Source of the DNA: Sinanodonta woodiana
Taxonomy: Eukaryota
Reading direction: 5' to 3'
DNA: 64,000 bases
Assembly (NCBI GenBank): GCA_046254885.1
Contig: CM100994.1
Coordinates: 93,894,727 to 93,958,726 of the forward strand
The translations under genes and the position numbers were made by a program. The notes below the pieces were generated by a model. That model was given only the letters and a program-made list of their open reading frames with translations, was not told the origin of the DNA and ran no database searches. Positions 51,330 through 64,000 of the stretch are shown here, piece by piece (position 1 is the stretch's first letter; the number at the start of each line of letters is the position of its first letter).

Positions 51330-54300
51330 ATACAGTGTCAATTAGTGGCCTTTGGACAGCATTGAATATCATTTACAGCTGTATGTGTAATGAGCTGACA
51401 TACAATGAACACTAGTTCTGTCCACATCAATGGTCTTTGGACAGCATTCAGTATCATTTACAGCTGTATGTGTAATGAGCTGACATACAATGAACACTAG
51501 TTCTGTCCACATCAATGGTCTTTGGACAGCATTCAGTATCATTTACAGCTGTATATGTAATGAGTTGACAGACAATGGACACTAGTTCTGTCAACATTAG
51601 TGGTCTTTGGACAGCATTAAATATCATTTGCAGCTGTATATTTAATGAGCTGACATACGATGAACACTAGTTCTGCCTACATTAGTGGTCTTTGGACAGC
51701 ATTAAATATCATTTACAGCTGTATATGAAATGAGCTGACAGAAAATGAACACTAGTTCTGTCCACTTTAGTGGTCTTTGGACAGCATTAAATATCATTTA
51801 CAGCTGTATATGTAATGACCTGACAGTGGATGAACACTAGTTCTGCCTACATTAGTGGTCTTTGGACAGCATTCAATATCATTTACAGCTGTATATGAAA
51901 TGACCTGACAGACAATGAACACTAGTTCTGTCCACTTTAGTGGTCTTTGGACAGCATTACATATCATTTACAGCTGTATATGTAATGACCTGACAGTGGA
52001 TGAACACTAATTCTGTCCACATCAGTGGTCTTTGGACAGCATTAAATATCATTTACAGCTGTATATGTAATGAGCTGACACACAATGAAAACTAGTTCTG
52101 CCCACATTAGTGGTCTTTGGACAGCATTAAATATCAGTTTCAGCTGTATATGTAATGACCTGACAGACAATGAACACTAGTTCTGTCCACTTTAGTGGTC
52201 TTTGGTCAGCATTACATATCATTTACAGCTGTATATGTAATGACCTGACAGTGGATGAACACTAGTTCTGCCCACATTAGTGGTCTTTGGACAGCATTAA
52301 ATATCATTTACAGCTGTATATGTAATGAGCTGACAGACAATGAACACTAGTTCTGCCCACATTAGTGGTCTTTAGACAGCATTACATATCATTTACAGCT
52401 ATATATGAAATGACCTGACAGACCATGAAAACTAGTTCTGTCCACATTAGTTGTCCTTTGACAGCATTAAATATCATTTACAGCTGTATATGTAATGACC
52501 TGACAGGCAATGAACACTAGTTCTGCCCACATCAGTGGTCTTTGGACAGCATTACATATCATTTACAGCTGTATGTGTAATGAGCTGACAGACCATGAAA
52601 ACTAGTTCTGTCCACATTAGTGGTCCTTGGACAGCATTAAATATCATTTACAGCTGTATATGTAATGAGCTGACAGATGATGAATACTAGTTCTACCCAC
52701 ATTAGTGGTCTTTGGACAGCATTAAATATCATTTACAGCTGTATATGTAATCAGCTGACATACAATGAACACTAGTTCTGTCCACATCAATGGTCTTTGG
52801 ACAGCATTCAGTATCATTTACAGCTGTATGTGTAATGAGCTGACATACAATGAACACTAGTTCTGTCCACATCAGTGGTCTTTGGACAGCATTAAATATC
52901 ATTTACAGCTGTATATGTAATCAGCTGACATACAATGAACACTAGTTCTGTCCACATCAATGGTCTTTGGACAGCATTAAATATCATTTACAGTTGTATA
53001 TGAAATAACCTGACAGGCAATGAACACTAGTCTTGCCCATATCAGTGGTCTTTGGACAGCATTAAATATCATTTACAGCTGTATATGAAATGACCTGACA
53101 GGCAATGAACACTAGTTCTGCCCACATCAGTGGTCTTTGGTCAGCATTACATATCATTTACAGCTGTATATGTAATGACCTGACAGTGGATGAACACTAG
53201 TTCTGCCCACATTAGTGGTCTTTGGACAGCATTAAATATCATGTACAACTGTGTATGTAATGAGCTGACAGACAATGAACACTAGTCTTGCCCACATCAG
53301 TAGTCTTTAGACAGCATTACATATCATTTACAGCTATATATGAAATGAGCTGACAGACCATGAAAACTAGTTCTGTCCACATTAGTGGTCCTTGGACAGC
53401 ATTAAATATCATTTACAGCTGTATATGTAATGAGCTGACAGATGATGAACACTAGTTCTGCCCACATTAGTGGTCTTTGGACAGCATTAAATATCAGTTT
53501 CAGCTGTATATGTAATGAGCTGACAGACAATAAACACTAGTTCTGCCCACATTAGTGGTCTTTGGACAGCATTAAATATCATTTACAGCTGTATATGTAA
53601 TGACCTGACATACAATGAACACTAGTTCTGTCCACATCAATGGTCTTTGGACAGCATTCAGTATCATTTACAGCTGTATATGTAATGAGTTGACAGACAA
53701 TGAACACTAGTTCTGTCCACATTAGTGGTCTTTGGACAGCATTAAATATCATTTGCAGCTGTATATTTAATGAGCTGACATACAATGAACACTAGTTCTG
53801 CCTACATTAGTGGTCTTTGGACAGCATTCAATATCATTTACAGCTGTATATGAAATGACCTGACAGACAATGAACACTAGTTCTGTCCACATCAGTGGTC
53901 TTTGGACAGCTTTAAATATCATTTACAGCTGTATATGTAATGACCTGACATACAATGAACACTAGTTCTGCCCACTTTAGTGGTCTTTGGACAGCATTAC
54001 ATATCATTTACAGCTGTATATGTAATGAGCTGACAGACACTGAACACTAGTTCTGTCCACTTTAGTGGTCTTTGGACAGCATTAAATATCATTTACAGCT
54101 GTATATGTAATGACCTGACAGTGGATGAACACTAGTTCTGTCCACATCAGTGGTCTTTGGACAGCATTAAATATCATTTACAGCTGTATATGTAATGAGC
54201 TGACAGACAATGAACACTAGTTCTGTCCACATTAGCGGTCTTTGGACAGCATTAAATATCAGTTTCAGCTGTATATGTAATGACCTGACAGTGGATGAAC

Positions 54301-56500
54301 ACTAGTTCTGTCCACATCAGTGGTCTTTGGACAGCATTAAATATCATTTACAGCTGTATATGTAATGAGCTGACAGACAATGAACACTAGTTCTGTCCAC
54401 ATCAGTGGTCTTTGGACAGCATTAAATATCAGTTACAGCTATATATGTAATGACCTGACAGTCGATGAACACTAGTTCTGTCCACATTAGTGGTCTTTGG
54501 ACAGTATTCAATATCATTTACAGCTGTATATGAAATGACTTGACAGGCAATGAACACTAGTTCTACCCACATCAGTGGTCTTTGGTCAGCATTACATATC
54601 ATTTACAGCTGTATATGTAATGACCTGACAGTGGATGAACACTAGTTCTGCCCACATTAGTGGTCTTTGGACAGCATTAAATATCATTTACAGCTGTATA
54701 TGTAATGAGCTGACAGACAATGAACACTAGTTCTGTCCACATTAGTGGTCTTTGGACAGCATTAAATATCATTTACAGCTATATATGAAATGACCTGACA
54801 GACCATGAAAACTAGTTCTGTCCACATTAGTTGTCCTTGGACAGCATTAAATATCATTTACAGCTGTATATGTAATGACCTGACAGGCGATGAACACTAG
54901 TTCTGCCCACATCAGTGGTCTTTGGACAGCATTACATATCATTTAGAGCTATATATGAAATGACCTGACAGACTAGGAAAACTAGTTCTGTCCACATTAG
55001 TGGTCCTTGGAGAGCATTAAATACCATTTACAGCTGTATATGTAATGAGCTGACAGATGATGAACACTAGTTCTGCCCACATTAGTGGTCTTTGGACAGC
55101 ATTAAATATCAGTTTCAGCTGTATATGTAATGACCTGACAGGCAATGAACACTAGTTCTGCCCACATCAGTGGTCTTTGGACAGCATTACATATCATTTA
55201 GAGCTATATATGAAATGACCTGACAGACTATGAAAACTAGTTCTGTCCACATTAGTGGTCCTTGGAGAGCATTAAATACCATTTACAGCTGTATATGTAA
55301 TGAGCTGACAGATGATGAACACTAGTTCTGCCCACATTAGTGGTCTTTGGACAGCATTAAATATCAGTTTCAGCTGTATATGTAATGACCTGACAGGCAA
55401 TGAACACTAGTTCTGCCCACATCAGTGGTCTTTGGACAGCATTACATATCATTTACAGCTATATATGTAATGACCTGACAGACCATGAAAACTAGTTCTG
55501 TCCACATCAGTAGTCTTCAGACAAAATTCAGTATCATTTACAGCTGTATATGTAATGAGCTGACAGACAATGAACACTAGTTCTGTCCACATTAGTGGTC
55601 CTTGGACAGCATTAAATATTATTTACAGCTGTATATGTAATGAACTGACATACAATGTACACTAGTTCTGCCCGCATTAATGGTCTTTGGACAGCATTAC
55701 ATATCATTTACGGCTGTATATGTAATGAGCTGACATACAATGAACACTAGTTCTGCCCACATCAGTGGTCTTTGGACAGCATTAAATATCATTTACAGCT
55801 GTATATGTAATGAGCTGACATACAATGAACACTAGTTCTGCCCACATCAGTGGTCTTTGGACAGCATTACATGTCATTTACGGCTGTATGTGTAATGAGC
55901 TGACATACAATGAACACTAGTTCTGCCCACATCAGTGGTCTTTGGACAGCATTAAATATCATTTACGGCTGTATATGTAATGACCTGACATACAATGAAC
56001 ACTAGTTCTGCCCACATCAGTGGTCTTTGGACAGCATTACATATCATTTACAGCTGTATATGTAATGACCTGACAGTGGATTAACACTAGTTCTGCCCAC
56101 ATCAGTGGTCTTTGGTCAGCATTACATATCATTTACAGCTGTATATGTAATGACCTGACAGTGGATGAACACTAGTTCTGCCCACATTAATGGTCTTTGG
56201 ACAGCATTACATATCATTTACAGCTGTATATGTAATGAGCTGACAGACAATGAACACTAGTTCTGCCCACATTAGTGGTCTTTGGTCAGCATTACATATC
56301 ATTTACAGCTATATATGAAATTACCTGACAGACCAGAACACTAGTTTGGCCCACATCAGTGGTCTTTGGACAGCATTAAATATCATTTACAGCTGTATAT
56401 GAAATGACCTGACAGGCAATGAACACTAGTTCTGCCCACATCAGTGGTCTTTGGACAGCATTACATATAATTTACAGCTGTACCTATATGTAATGACCTG
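51330..56500. repeat. Satellite, 85-bp unit (atttacagctgtatatgtaatgagctgacagacaatgaacactagttctgtccacattagtggtctttggacagcattaaatatc), ~60 copies over ~5.2 kb, with higher-order structure
   Basis: Period 85 (atttacagct recurs at 53581 and 53666). Several monomer subtypes (gacaatgaac, gtggatgaac, gaccatgaaaac, gatgatgaac) recur in order. A 255-bp trimeric block appears twice in tandem (about 54880-55135 and 55135-55390), identifiable by the diagnostic variants atttagagct, ccttggagagc and cagtttcagct. Confidence 0.95.
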
Positions 56501-57894
56501 ACAGGCAAATAGTAATGTCCCCAATAGGGTGGTTTTAGGACAATATCAACTGTTGTATATAGCAGTGTGAAATTACAGTGTGAATACAAAATACAGGACA
56601 AATCTGACATTGCTTTTGGTGATTGCCAATAATTGTTCTTCAGGTTTGTAATGCAGCAACTTGTATCAAGTTGTCCAGTAATCAGAAATGTATATTATGT
56701 AATATATGTTTAAACTTAGGATATATATGACATGTGCTACAGTATTCAAGTAGTAGATTAATCCCCCCAGTAAAGCACCATTGATAAGAACATAATTTTA
56801 AAATAATACTTGTCTTCTTTTGCTGAAGTCAAACTGTTAGAAAGATAAAACACGAAAAATTCCTACTCTACTGCAATTTAATATATTTTACTTTGAAAGA
56901 AAAAAAATGGTTTAGTTATCAATGTCCTTTTGAAAGAGGGAAAAATATTTCTGTTGACATGATTGAATATAATTAGTTTATTTGTAAGTAAACATGTCAC
57001 ATATAAATGTCAAACTTAATCCATACAGTGTCTAAATTATAGCATAAGATATTTTTCCTTGCTTACCTACAAGACAACTTTATCCCTGTTTAATTGTATT
57101 GAACCTCTTCAATTACTTTTGCAGTAGATACCATTGACCAAGATCTCCTTGAATTAAATGCTTATGATCTGTTGATGGCCTTGGATAACAAGGCTAAGCA
57201 AATAAAATAAAAGGATTTCTTTCTCTGTTTTGTTATTATTAGTTTAAATTTGCTTGTCCTTAACATGTTAGAAAAAGTCTCTTCTCATCCTTTTAGCTGG
57301 TAGCATTATGAAGGATGGGTGGTATAGAGCATGGTTTTATTCTCAGAACAGTTATTATAAATATCTTTATAAAACCCACATGATTTTTTTAATGGAATTA
57401 ATTCTTGTCCACCCAACCATCTGTTTGGTCAAGTGTTTTGTTCAATCACTGTACATGTAGTTTGACTTTCATGTTCAGTGAAAATATCTCTAATTTCTTT
57501 TCTTCCCTTCAAATTTTCTGGCCCACATATAATATTTTTTTAGGGGTGGGTGGGGAGAGATGGGGTGGTGCCCACTATCTTTTTGAATGGAGAATGAGAA
57601 CATATGATGATCATGGAAGATACCATTTTGTTCCAAGAAAATGAAGAAAATTGAAATGTACTTGGAGTCTATTAGTATTAACACCTCAGTACAAATGTAG
57701 TTAGCTTGCTTATATTGCGCTGGTTACACAATTTTTATATTGTTAAATATCTGAGTGGCACTGCTCATAAAAACAAGAATGAAATGTAATTTTATTTGAG
57801 GTCTTCAACAATTTCTTCAGCATATGTATGACTGTTTGGAGCTTACACAATATATATTGTAAACAGTCCCACTAAATTAAAAAGACTTTGCATC

Positions 57895-57990
57895 CAGCAT
57901 TGCTCTGGTGGTCTTAGTAGTTAGATGCAGTAGGTCATGAGTTTGAACCCTGGCTGAGTCATAATATTATATACTTGTAAAAAAAAAAAT
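57895..57990 (+). repeat. SINE-like short repeat with a B-box-like motif (ggtcatgagtttgaaccctgg), ending in an A11 tail
   Basis: Homologous to 48171-48240 (opposite strand). A poly(A) run sits at 57979-57989. Confidence 0.35.
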
Positions 57991-58103
57991 GGTACTAGCA
58001 ACTGCATTGCTTGGGAATCAGCATTAAGAGTTAGGACTGGCCAGCCTCATGTCAGGAAATGTGACTGGGTAGGACATGATGCTACATGTTAACAATCCAA
58101 ATT

Positions 58104-58104
<1 letters not shown>

Positions 58105-58163
<59 letters not shown>
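58105..58163. repeat. (CA)n microsatellite, ~29 repeats
   Basis: Direct reading. Confidence 0.95.
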
Positions 58164-58164
<1 letters not shown>

Positions 58165-58249
58165 AGTTCTATGCAGAAAGACACAGTATGGCCATGTAAT
58201 ATATACATGTACCATAGAATGCTGTCATGGAAGACCTCCTCATTTGCTT

Positions 58250-58465
58250 GTGATTACCATATGTAGCTGCTTATAAGTCAAGTTCAGCTGCAAAACAGCA
58301 CAGACAGACCCTGATCTAGCATCATATAATGCACATTCAGATCCGGGTCTGTGTTTTTTAAATATAGAAGAAATCAGTAGAAAAACAAGATGCATACTGA
58401 TCAGCAAGTGCATTATGTTGCTTAGCTTTGGACTTGACTTATAAGCAAGCATATATGACATCTGC
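58250..58465. mobile_element. MITE family A copy (best-preserved termini)
   Basis: Left end gctgcttataagtcaagttcagctgcaaaacagcacagacagaccctgatctagcatcatataatgcac. Right end gtgcattatgttgcttagctttggacttgacttataagcaagc. The two arms are inverted repeats over ~45 bp, and the core cttataag is itself palindromic. Confidence 0.7.
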
Positions 58466-59339
58466 AAAATTTGAATGAAAAGACCCATTAGCCAAATAAA
58501 TAGCCCTTTTCATGGTTGAGCTGCACAGATCTTTTAAAATGGGCATATGGCTGAATGAATATGCATGGATTTGTTCAAGTGGATATCAGCTATACCCATT
58601 TTTCTCTTTTGTTGTTCCAATCTGGAGATAAACTACTAGTTCTGGTCACTTTTCACATGGACCAAGCATATAAGTATATGCAGTATCCATTTCACTTCTA
58701 CTCAGTTTTGACTTTAATGTGATTCATCCATCTGCATAAAAATGAGAATTACAATTAGTTGTTAAAACTAACAACACTATCATAATTACTGTTTTAAATC
58801 TGGTAATTATCAGATAGATAATTATACATTAGTATCTAGGATAATTACAACACCTGACATGCTACATGAAGCATAGTTTTAAATGTTTTTCCACGCCCTT
58901 TTGTTCTGGTTGTAGATTCACTTGCTTCTTACTCCAGCTCAAATAATATATAGATCCATGTCACCAGAAGACCTAGTCTTTGTATCATTTACTTTTGATT
59001 TTAAAATGAACAGAATAGACTCTGATCTACCTCAGCCTGTGGCACACTATGAGTCATAAATTTGTCCCAACAAAAATGGTCCACCAATAATGTATTGGAA
59101 GAGATTTAGCTATTATGTGATAATGTTCAGCTGGATTAGCACTGTTTGTAGGTGGGCAATTATTGGACAAAAATGAGTAAGGTAAATAAAATGTACATGG
59201 TCTCTCTTGTCATTATTAAATCCAAGTTTGTATCTTTGTCAGTGAAAGTCCTCATTTCATGATAAATACTGTCAAACTTCTTGAGTTTTAGAATAAGGTG
59301 TGTGAAGTTTACAGCTGAAAAGGTGCAACCAAATTTCTT

Positions 59340-60370
59340 GAAAGCAAAGCATCCCACATTTATCATTTTTTTATTCCCACCACATTTCCTTTAGTTATAT
59401 CCTCACCACATACATTTTCTGTCTCCACCACTTTTTCTTCTATGTCTTAATCACATTTCCTTTTGTTATGTCCCCACCACATTTATTTTCTATGTCTTAA
59501 TCACATTCCCCACCATATTTATTTTGTATGTCTCCACCACTTTTTCTTGCATGTCCTAATCACATTTCATTTTGTTATGTCCCCACCACATTTATTTTCT
59601 ATTTCCTAATCACATTTAATTTTGTTATGTCCCACCACTTTATTTTCTATGTCCTAATCACATTTCCTTTTGTTATGTCCCCACCACATTTATTATCTAT
59701 GTCCTAATCACATTTCATTTTGGTATGTCCCCACCCACCACATTTATTTTCTGTGTCCTAATCACATTTCCTTTTGTTATGTCCCCACCACATTTATTAT
59801 CTATGTCCTAATCACATTTCCTTTTGTTATGTCCCCACCACATTTATTATCTATGTCCTAATCACATTTCATTTTGGTATGTCCCCACCCACCACTTTAT
59901 TTTCTGTCCTAATCACATTTCATTTTGTTATGTCCCACCACTTTATTTTCTATGTCCTAATCACATTTCATTTGGTTATGTCCCCACCCACCACATTTAT
60001 TTTCTATGTCCTAATCACATTTCCTTTTGTTATGTCCCCACCATTTATTTTGTATGTCTCCACCACTTTTTCTTGCATGTCCTAATCATATTTCCTTTTG
60101 TTATGTCCCCACCACTTTATTTTGTATGTCCTAATCACATTTCCTGTTGTTCTGTCCCCACCCACCACTTTATTTTCTATGTCCTAATCACATTTCCTTT
60201 TGTTATGTCCCCACCACATTTATTTTCTGTCCTACTCACAGTTCATATTGTTATGTCCCCACCCACCACTTTATTTTCTATATCCTAATCACATTTCCTT
60301 TTGCTGTGTCCCCACCACTTTATTTTCTATGTCCCTATAACATTTTCTTTTGTCATGTCCCAACACATTT
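59340..60370. repeat. Satellite, ~52-bp unit (tgtccccaccacatttattttctatgtcctaatcacatttccttttgttatg), ~19 copies
   Basis: Direct reading. Track ORFs 59670-60473 are artefacts. Confidence 0.9.
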
Positions 60371-60774
60371 ATTGAGGATGTTTATATTGCTTATTATGTT
60401 AATGCATATAATTTCTTCCTGTCCTTCTGTCATGAAACTACTTTCTGCATCTAAATCCCCCAAAAAGTTTTGAATGGCTGATAACCAGAAATCAAATTTG
60501 TTATAAGGTTTTACACTAGGAAGACCAGATTTAAGTTTGACTTTCACTATTATAACTGATGTTAATGGTATTATCATCACTTTTTTACTTAAAATGTTGA
60601 CTCTAATTACAGTATGTTAGCATGCTTAATTGGGAAACTGTTTAACTTGAAAAATTATCCTTAAGTATGTTTCTGTATTTATTTATTATATTATTAATTT
60701 TTTGGGGGGGGAGGGGATATGCAAATATGAACACATTTGTAGCTGATATTTGTTGAAGCTTGATTAACTTGGCA

Positions 60775-61920
60775 GTTAACATTTGATATCAACATGGGTA
60801 AAATAAATTGTATCCAGTAAAGCCATGTTTAAAGTTAACATTTGATATCACTATGGGGTAAAATAAATTGTATCCAGTAAAGCCATGTTTAAAGTTAACA
60901 TTTGATATCACTATGGGGTAAAATAAATTGTATCCAGTAAAGCCATGTTTAAAGTTAACATTTGATATCACTATGGGATAAAATAAATTGTATCCAGTAA
61001 AGCCATGTTTAAAGTTAACATTTGATATCACTATGGGATAAAATAAATTGTATCCAGTAAAGCCATGTTTAAAGTTAACATTTGATATCACTATGGGGTA
61101 AAATAAATTGTGTTCAGTAAAGCCATGTTTAAAGTTAACATTTGATATCAACATGGGGTAAAATAAATTGTATCTAGTAAAGCCATGTTAAACTTTAAAG
61201 TTAACATTTGATATCACTATGGGATAAAATAAATTGTATCCAGTAAAGCCATGTTTAAAGTTAACATTTGATATCACTATGGGGTAAAATAAATTGTATC
61301 CAGTAAAGCCATGTTTAAAGTTAACATTTGATATCACTATGGGATAAAATAAATTGTATCCAGTAAAGCCATGTTTAAAGTTAACATTTGATATCACTAT
61401 GGGATAAAATAAATTGTATCCAGTAAAGCCATGTTTAAAGTTAACATTTGATATCACTATGGGATACAATAAATTGTATCCAGTAAAGCCATGTTTAAAG
61501 TTAACATTTGATATCACTATGGGATAAAATAAATTGTATCCAGTAAAGCCATGTTTAAAGTTAACATTTGATATCACTATGGGATAAAATAAATTGTATC
61601 CAGTAAAGCCATGTTTAAAGTTAACATTTGATATCACTATGGGATACAATAAATTGTATCCAGTAAAGCCATGTTTAAAGTTAACATTTGATATCACTAT
61701 GGGATAAAATAAATTGTATCCAGTAAAGCCATGTTTAAAGTTAACATTTGATATCACTATGGGATAAAATAAATTGTATCCAGTAAAGCCATGTTTAAAG
61801 TTAACATTTGATATCACTATGGGATAAAATAAATTGTATCCAGTAAAGCCATGTTTAAAGTTAACATTTGATATCACTATGGGGTAAAATAAATTGTATC
61901 CAATAAAGCCATGTTTAAAG
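60775..61920. repeat. Satellite, 60-bp unit (aaagttaacatttgatatcactatgggataaaataaattgtatccagtaaagccatgttt), ~19 copies
   Basis: Period 60 (tttgatatca recurs at 60841 and 60901). Track ORFs 60789-61154 and 61188-62057 are artefacts (60 bp = 20 codons). Confidence 0.95.
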
Positions 61921-62519
61921 ACTATCCAGCTAAACCACACCACCCAGTGTCCTGCACTGTTAAATGTGTCATCTACTAAATCAATTTTTATCACAAACAG
62001 AGACATGTAGCACTTTGTGTGTACATGTAATTGGTCAAAGAAGGCAACAAGTTTCAAGTTACCTTTTTAATTCATATGAACCAAATTGGGGTTCAACATT
62101 TAGCTTGACCTTAATGGATTCAACTTAATCAAGTTTTATTAGGTCATACGAAAATACATGATTGCATTAATTTTGAATAAAAATTCATCCCATTTAAATT
62201 CTAAACATTCGTGAAATATAAATCTTAAAGACTAGTGCTAATGCCATTTCAGTTCTTTTCTCTTTCTGAATTTAATGACTTTCCAAACTGAATGGATCTC
62301 AGACATGACTAGCAATTACATGTAATTTGATATGCATATATGTGTTGTAATGAAATTTATTTTAGATTTAAGACTTTATTGAATGTTATGCTTAACTTAT
62401 CAGAGTTAACATAGGTGTTTGTTCCAACATGTGAAATACTTTAAATACCTGATTATGAAATGCACATGTGACTACCATTGACCCATATCTGCATCACTCA
62501 ATCTGCTTAGCCTATCTCT

Positions 62520-64000
62520 AAGTTTTTTTCTGCATCACATAATTTGCTGGCTGATCTCCAGGTGTTATGACCCATCACATAGTGTATGGTCAGTCTCCAG
62601 GTGTTATAGCCCATCACATAGTGCATGGTCAGTCTCCAGGTGTTATAGCCCATCACATAGTGCATGGTCAGTCTCCAGGTGTTATAGCCCATCACATAGT
62701 GCATGGTCAGCCTCCAGGTGTTATAACCCATCACATAGTGCATGGTCAGTCTCCAGGTGTTATGACCCATCACATAGTGCATGGTCAATCTCCAGGTGTT
62801 ATGGCCCATCACATAGTGTATGGTCAATCTCCAGGTGTTATAGCCCATCACATAGTGCATGGTCAATCTCCAGGTGTTATTGCCCATCACATAGTGCATG
62901 GTCAGTCTCCAGGTGTTATGACCCATCACATAGTGCATGGTCAATCTCCAGGTGTTATGGCCCATCACATAGTGCATGGTCAGTCTCCAGGTGTTATGGC
63001 CCATCACATAGTGCATGGTCAGTCTCCAGGTGTTATGGCCCACCCCATAGTGTATGGTCAATCTCCAGGTGTTATAGCCCATCACATAGTGCATGGTCAA
63101 TCTCCAGGTGTTATGGCCCATCACATAGTGTATGGTCAATCTCCAGGTGTTATGGCCCATCACATAGTGCATGGTCAGTCTCCAGGTGTTATGACCCATC
63201 ACATAGTGCATGGTCAATCTCCAGGTATTATGGCCCATCCCATAGTGCATGGTCAATCTCCAGGTGTTATGGCCCATCACATAGTGCATGGTCAGTCTCC
63301 AGGTGTTATGGCCCATCACACAGTGCATGGTCAGTCTCCAGGTGTTATAGCCCATCACACAGTGCATGGTCAGTCTCCAGGTGTTATAGCCCATCACACA
63401 GTGCATGGTCAGTCTCCAGGTGTTATGACCCACCCCATAGTGCATGGTCAATCTCCAGGTGTTATGGCCCATCACATAGTGCATGGTCAGTTTCCAGGTG
63501 TTATGGCCCATCACACAGTGCATGGTCAGTCTCCAGGTGTTATGGCCCACCCCATAGTATATGGTCAATCTCCAGGTGTTATAGCTCATCACATAGTGCA
63601 TGGTCAGTCTCCAGGTGTTATGGCCCATCACATAGTGTATGGTCAGTCTCCAGGTGTTATGGCCCATCACATAGTGCATGGTCAATCTCCAGGTATTATG
63701 GCCCATCCCATAGTACATGGTCAGTCTCCAGGTGTTATGACCCATCACATGATAGTGCATGGTCAATCTCCAGGTATTATGGCCCATCCCATAGTGCATG
63801 GTCAATCTCCAGGTGTTATGGTCCATCACATAGTGCATGGCCGATCTCCAGGTGTTATGGCCCATCACATAGTGTATGGTTAATCTCCAGGTGTTATGGC
63901 CCATCCCATAGTGCATGGTCAGTCTCCAGGTGTTATGACCCATCACATAGTGCATGGTCAATCTCCAGATATTATGTTGCATCACACAGTGCATGGTCAA
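62520..64000. repeat. Satellite, 39-bp unit (catcacatagtgcatggtcagtctccaggtgttatggcc), ~38 copies, continuing beyond the window end
   Basis: Period 39 (cagtctccag recurs at 62591 and 62630). Track ORFs 62507-64000(-) and 62567-63883(+) are artefacts with a 13-aa periodic translation. Confidence 0.95.

Noticed and set aside
62507-64000. Very long ORFs on both strands (497 aa and 438 aa) with perfectly periodic 13-aa peptides. Similar periodic ORFs occur at 61188-62057, 60789-61154, 59670-60473, 49615-49959, 46877-47714, 41316-41774 and 30194-30635.
   Set aside because: They lie entirely within satellites whose monomer length is a multiple of 3 (39, 60 or 75 bp) or within (AT)n. They are open on both strands and show no start or stop context or domain content. 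They are translation artefacts of tandem repeats, not repeat-protein genes.

Overview
This window is eukaryotic (metazoan-type) repeat-rich DNA, not a prokaryotic locus. It is about 65% AT and I could support no host protein-coding gene in it. Roughly 40% of the window is tandem satellite or minisatellite DNA. At least 17 unrelated satellite families are present, with unit lengths clustering at about 23-25, 38-44, 52-64, 75 and 85 bp. The largest arrays sit at about 15.1-19.3 kb, 39.4-43.5 kb and 51.3-56.5 kb. Between and inside the arrays are transposable elements: a decayed hAT (Buster/ZBED5-FAM200-like) transposase gene on the minus strand at 8.2-10.1 kb, a 5'-truncated L1-like LINE with a 46-nt poly(A) tail and an unusually long (~90 bp) target-site duplication at 12.3-14.5 kb, an RTE-like LINE (APE endonuclease + RT, (GATA)n 3' tail) at 24.4-27.2 kb, an RNase H fragment at about 32.3 kb, two MITE families (six copies of a palindromic one, two copies of a TA-flanked one), and two independent TIR-element insertions that split satellite monomers (416-1015 and 50224-50606). 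Dinucleotide and trinucleotide microsatellites and G/C homopolymer runs are scattered throughout. There are no CRISPR arrays, operons or defence-system architecture. The long ORFs in the six-frame track are either TE proteins or artefacts of satellites whose period is a multiple of 3. The TE repertoire and the satellite-dominated organisation suggest an invertebrate genome, possibly a bivalve mollusc, in a heterochromatic or pericentromeric region, but that is inference only.
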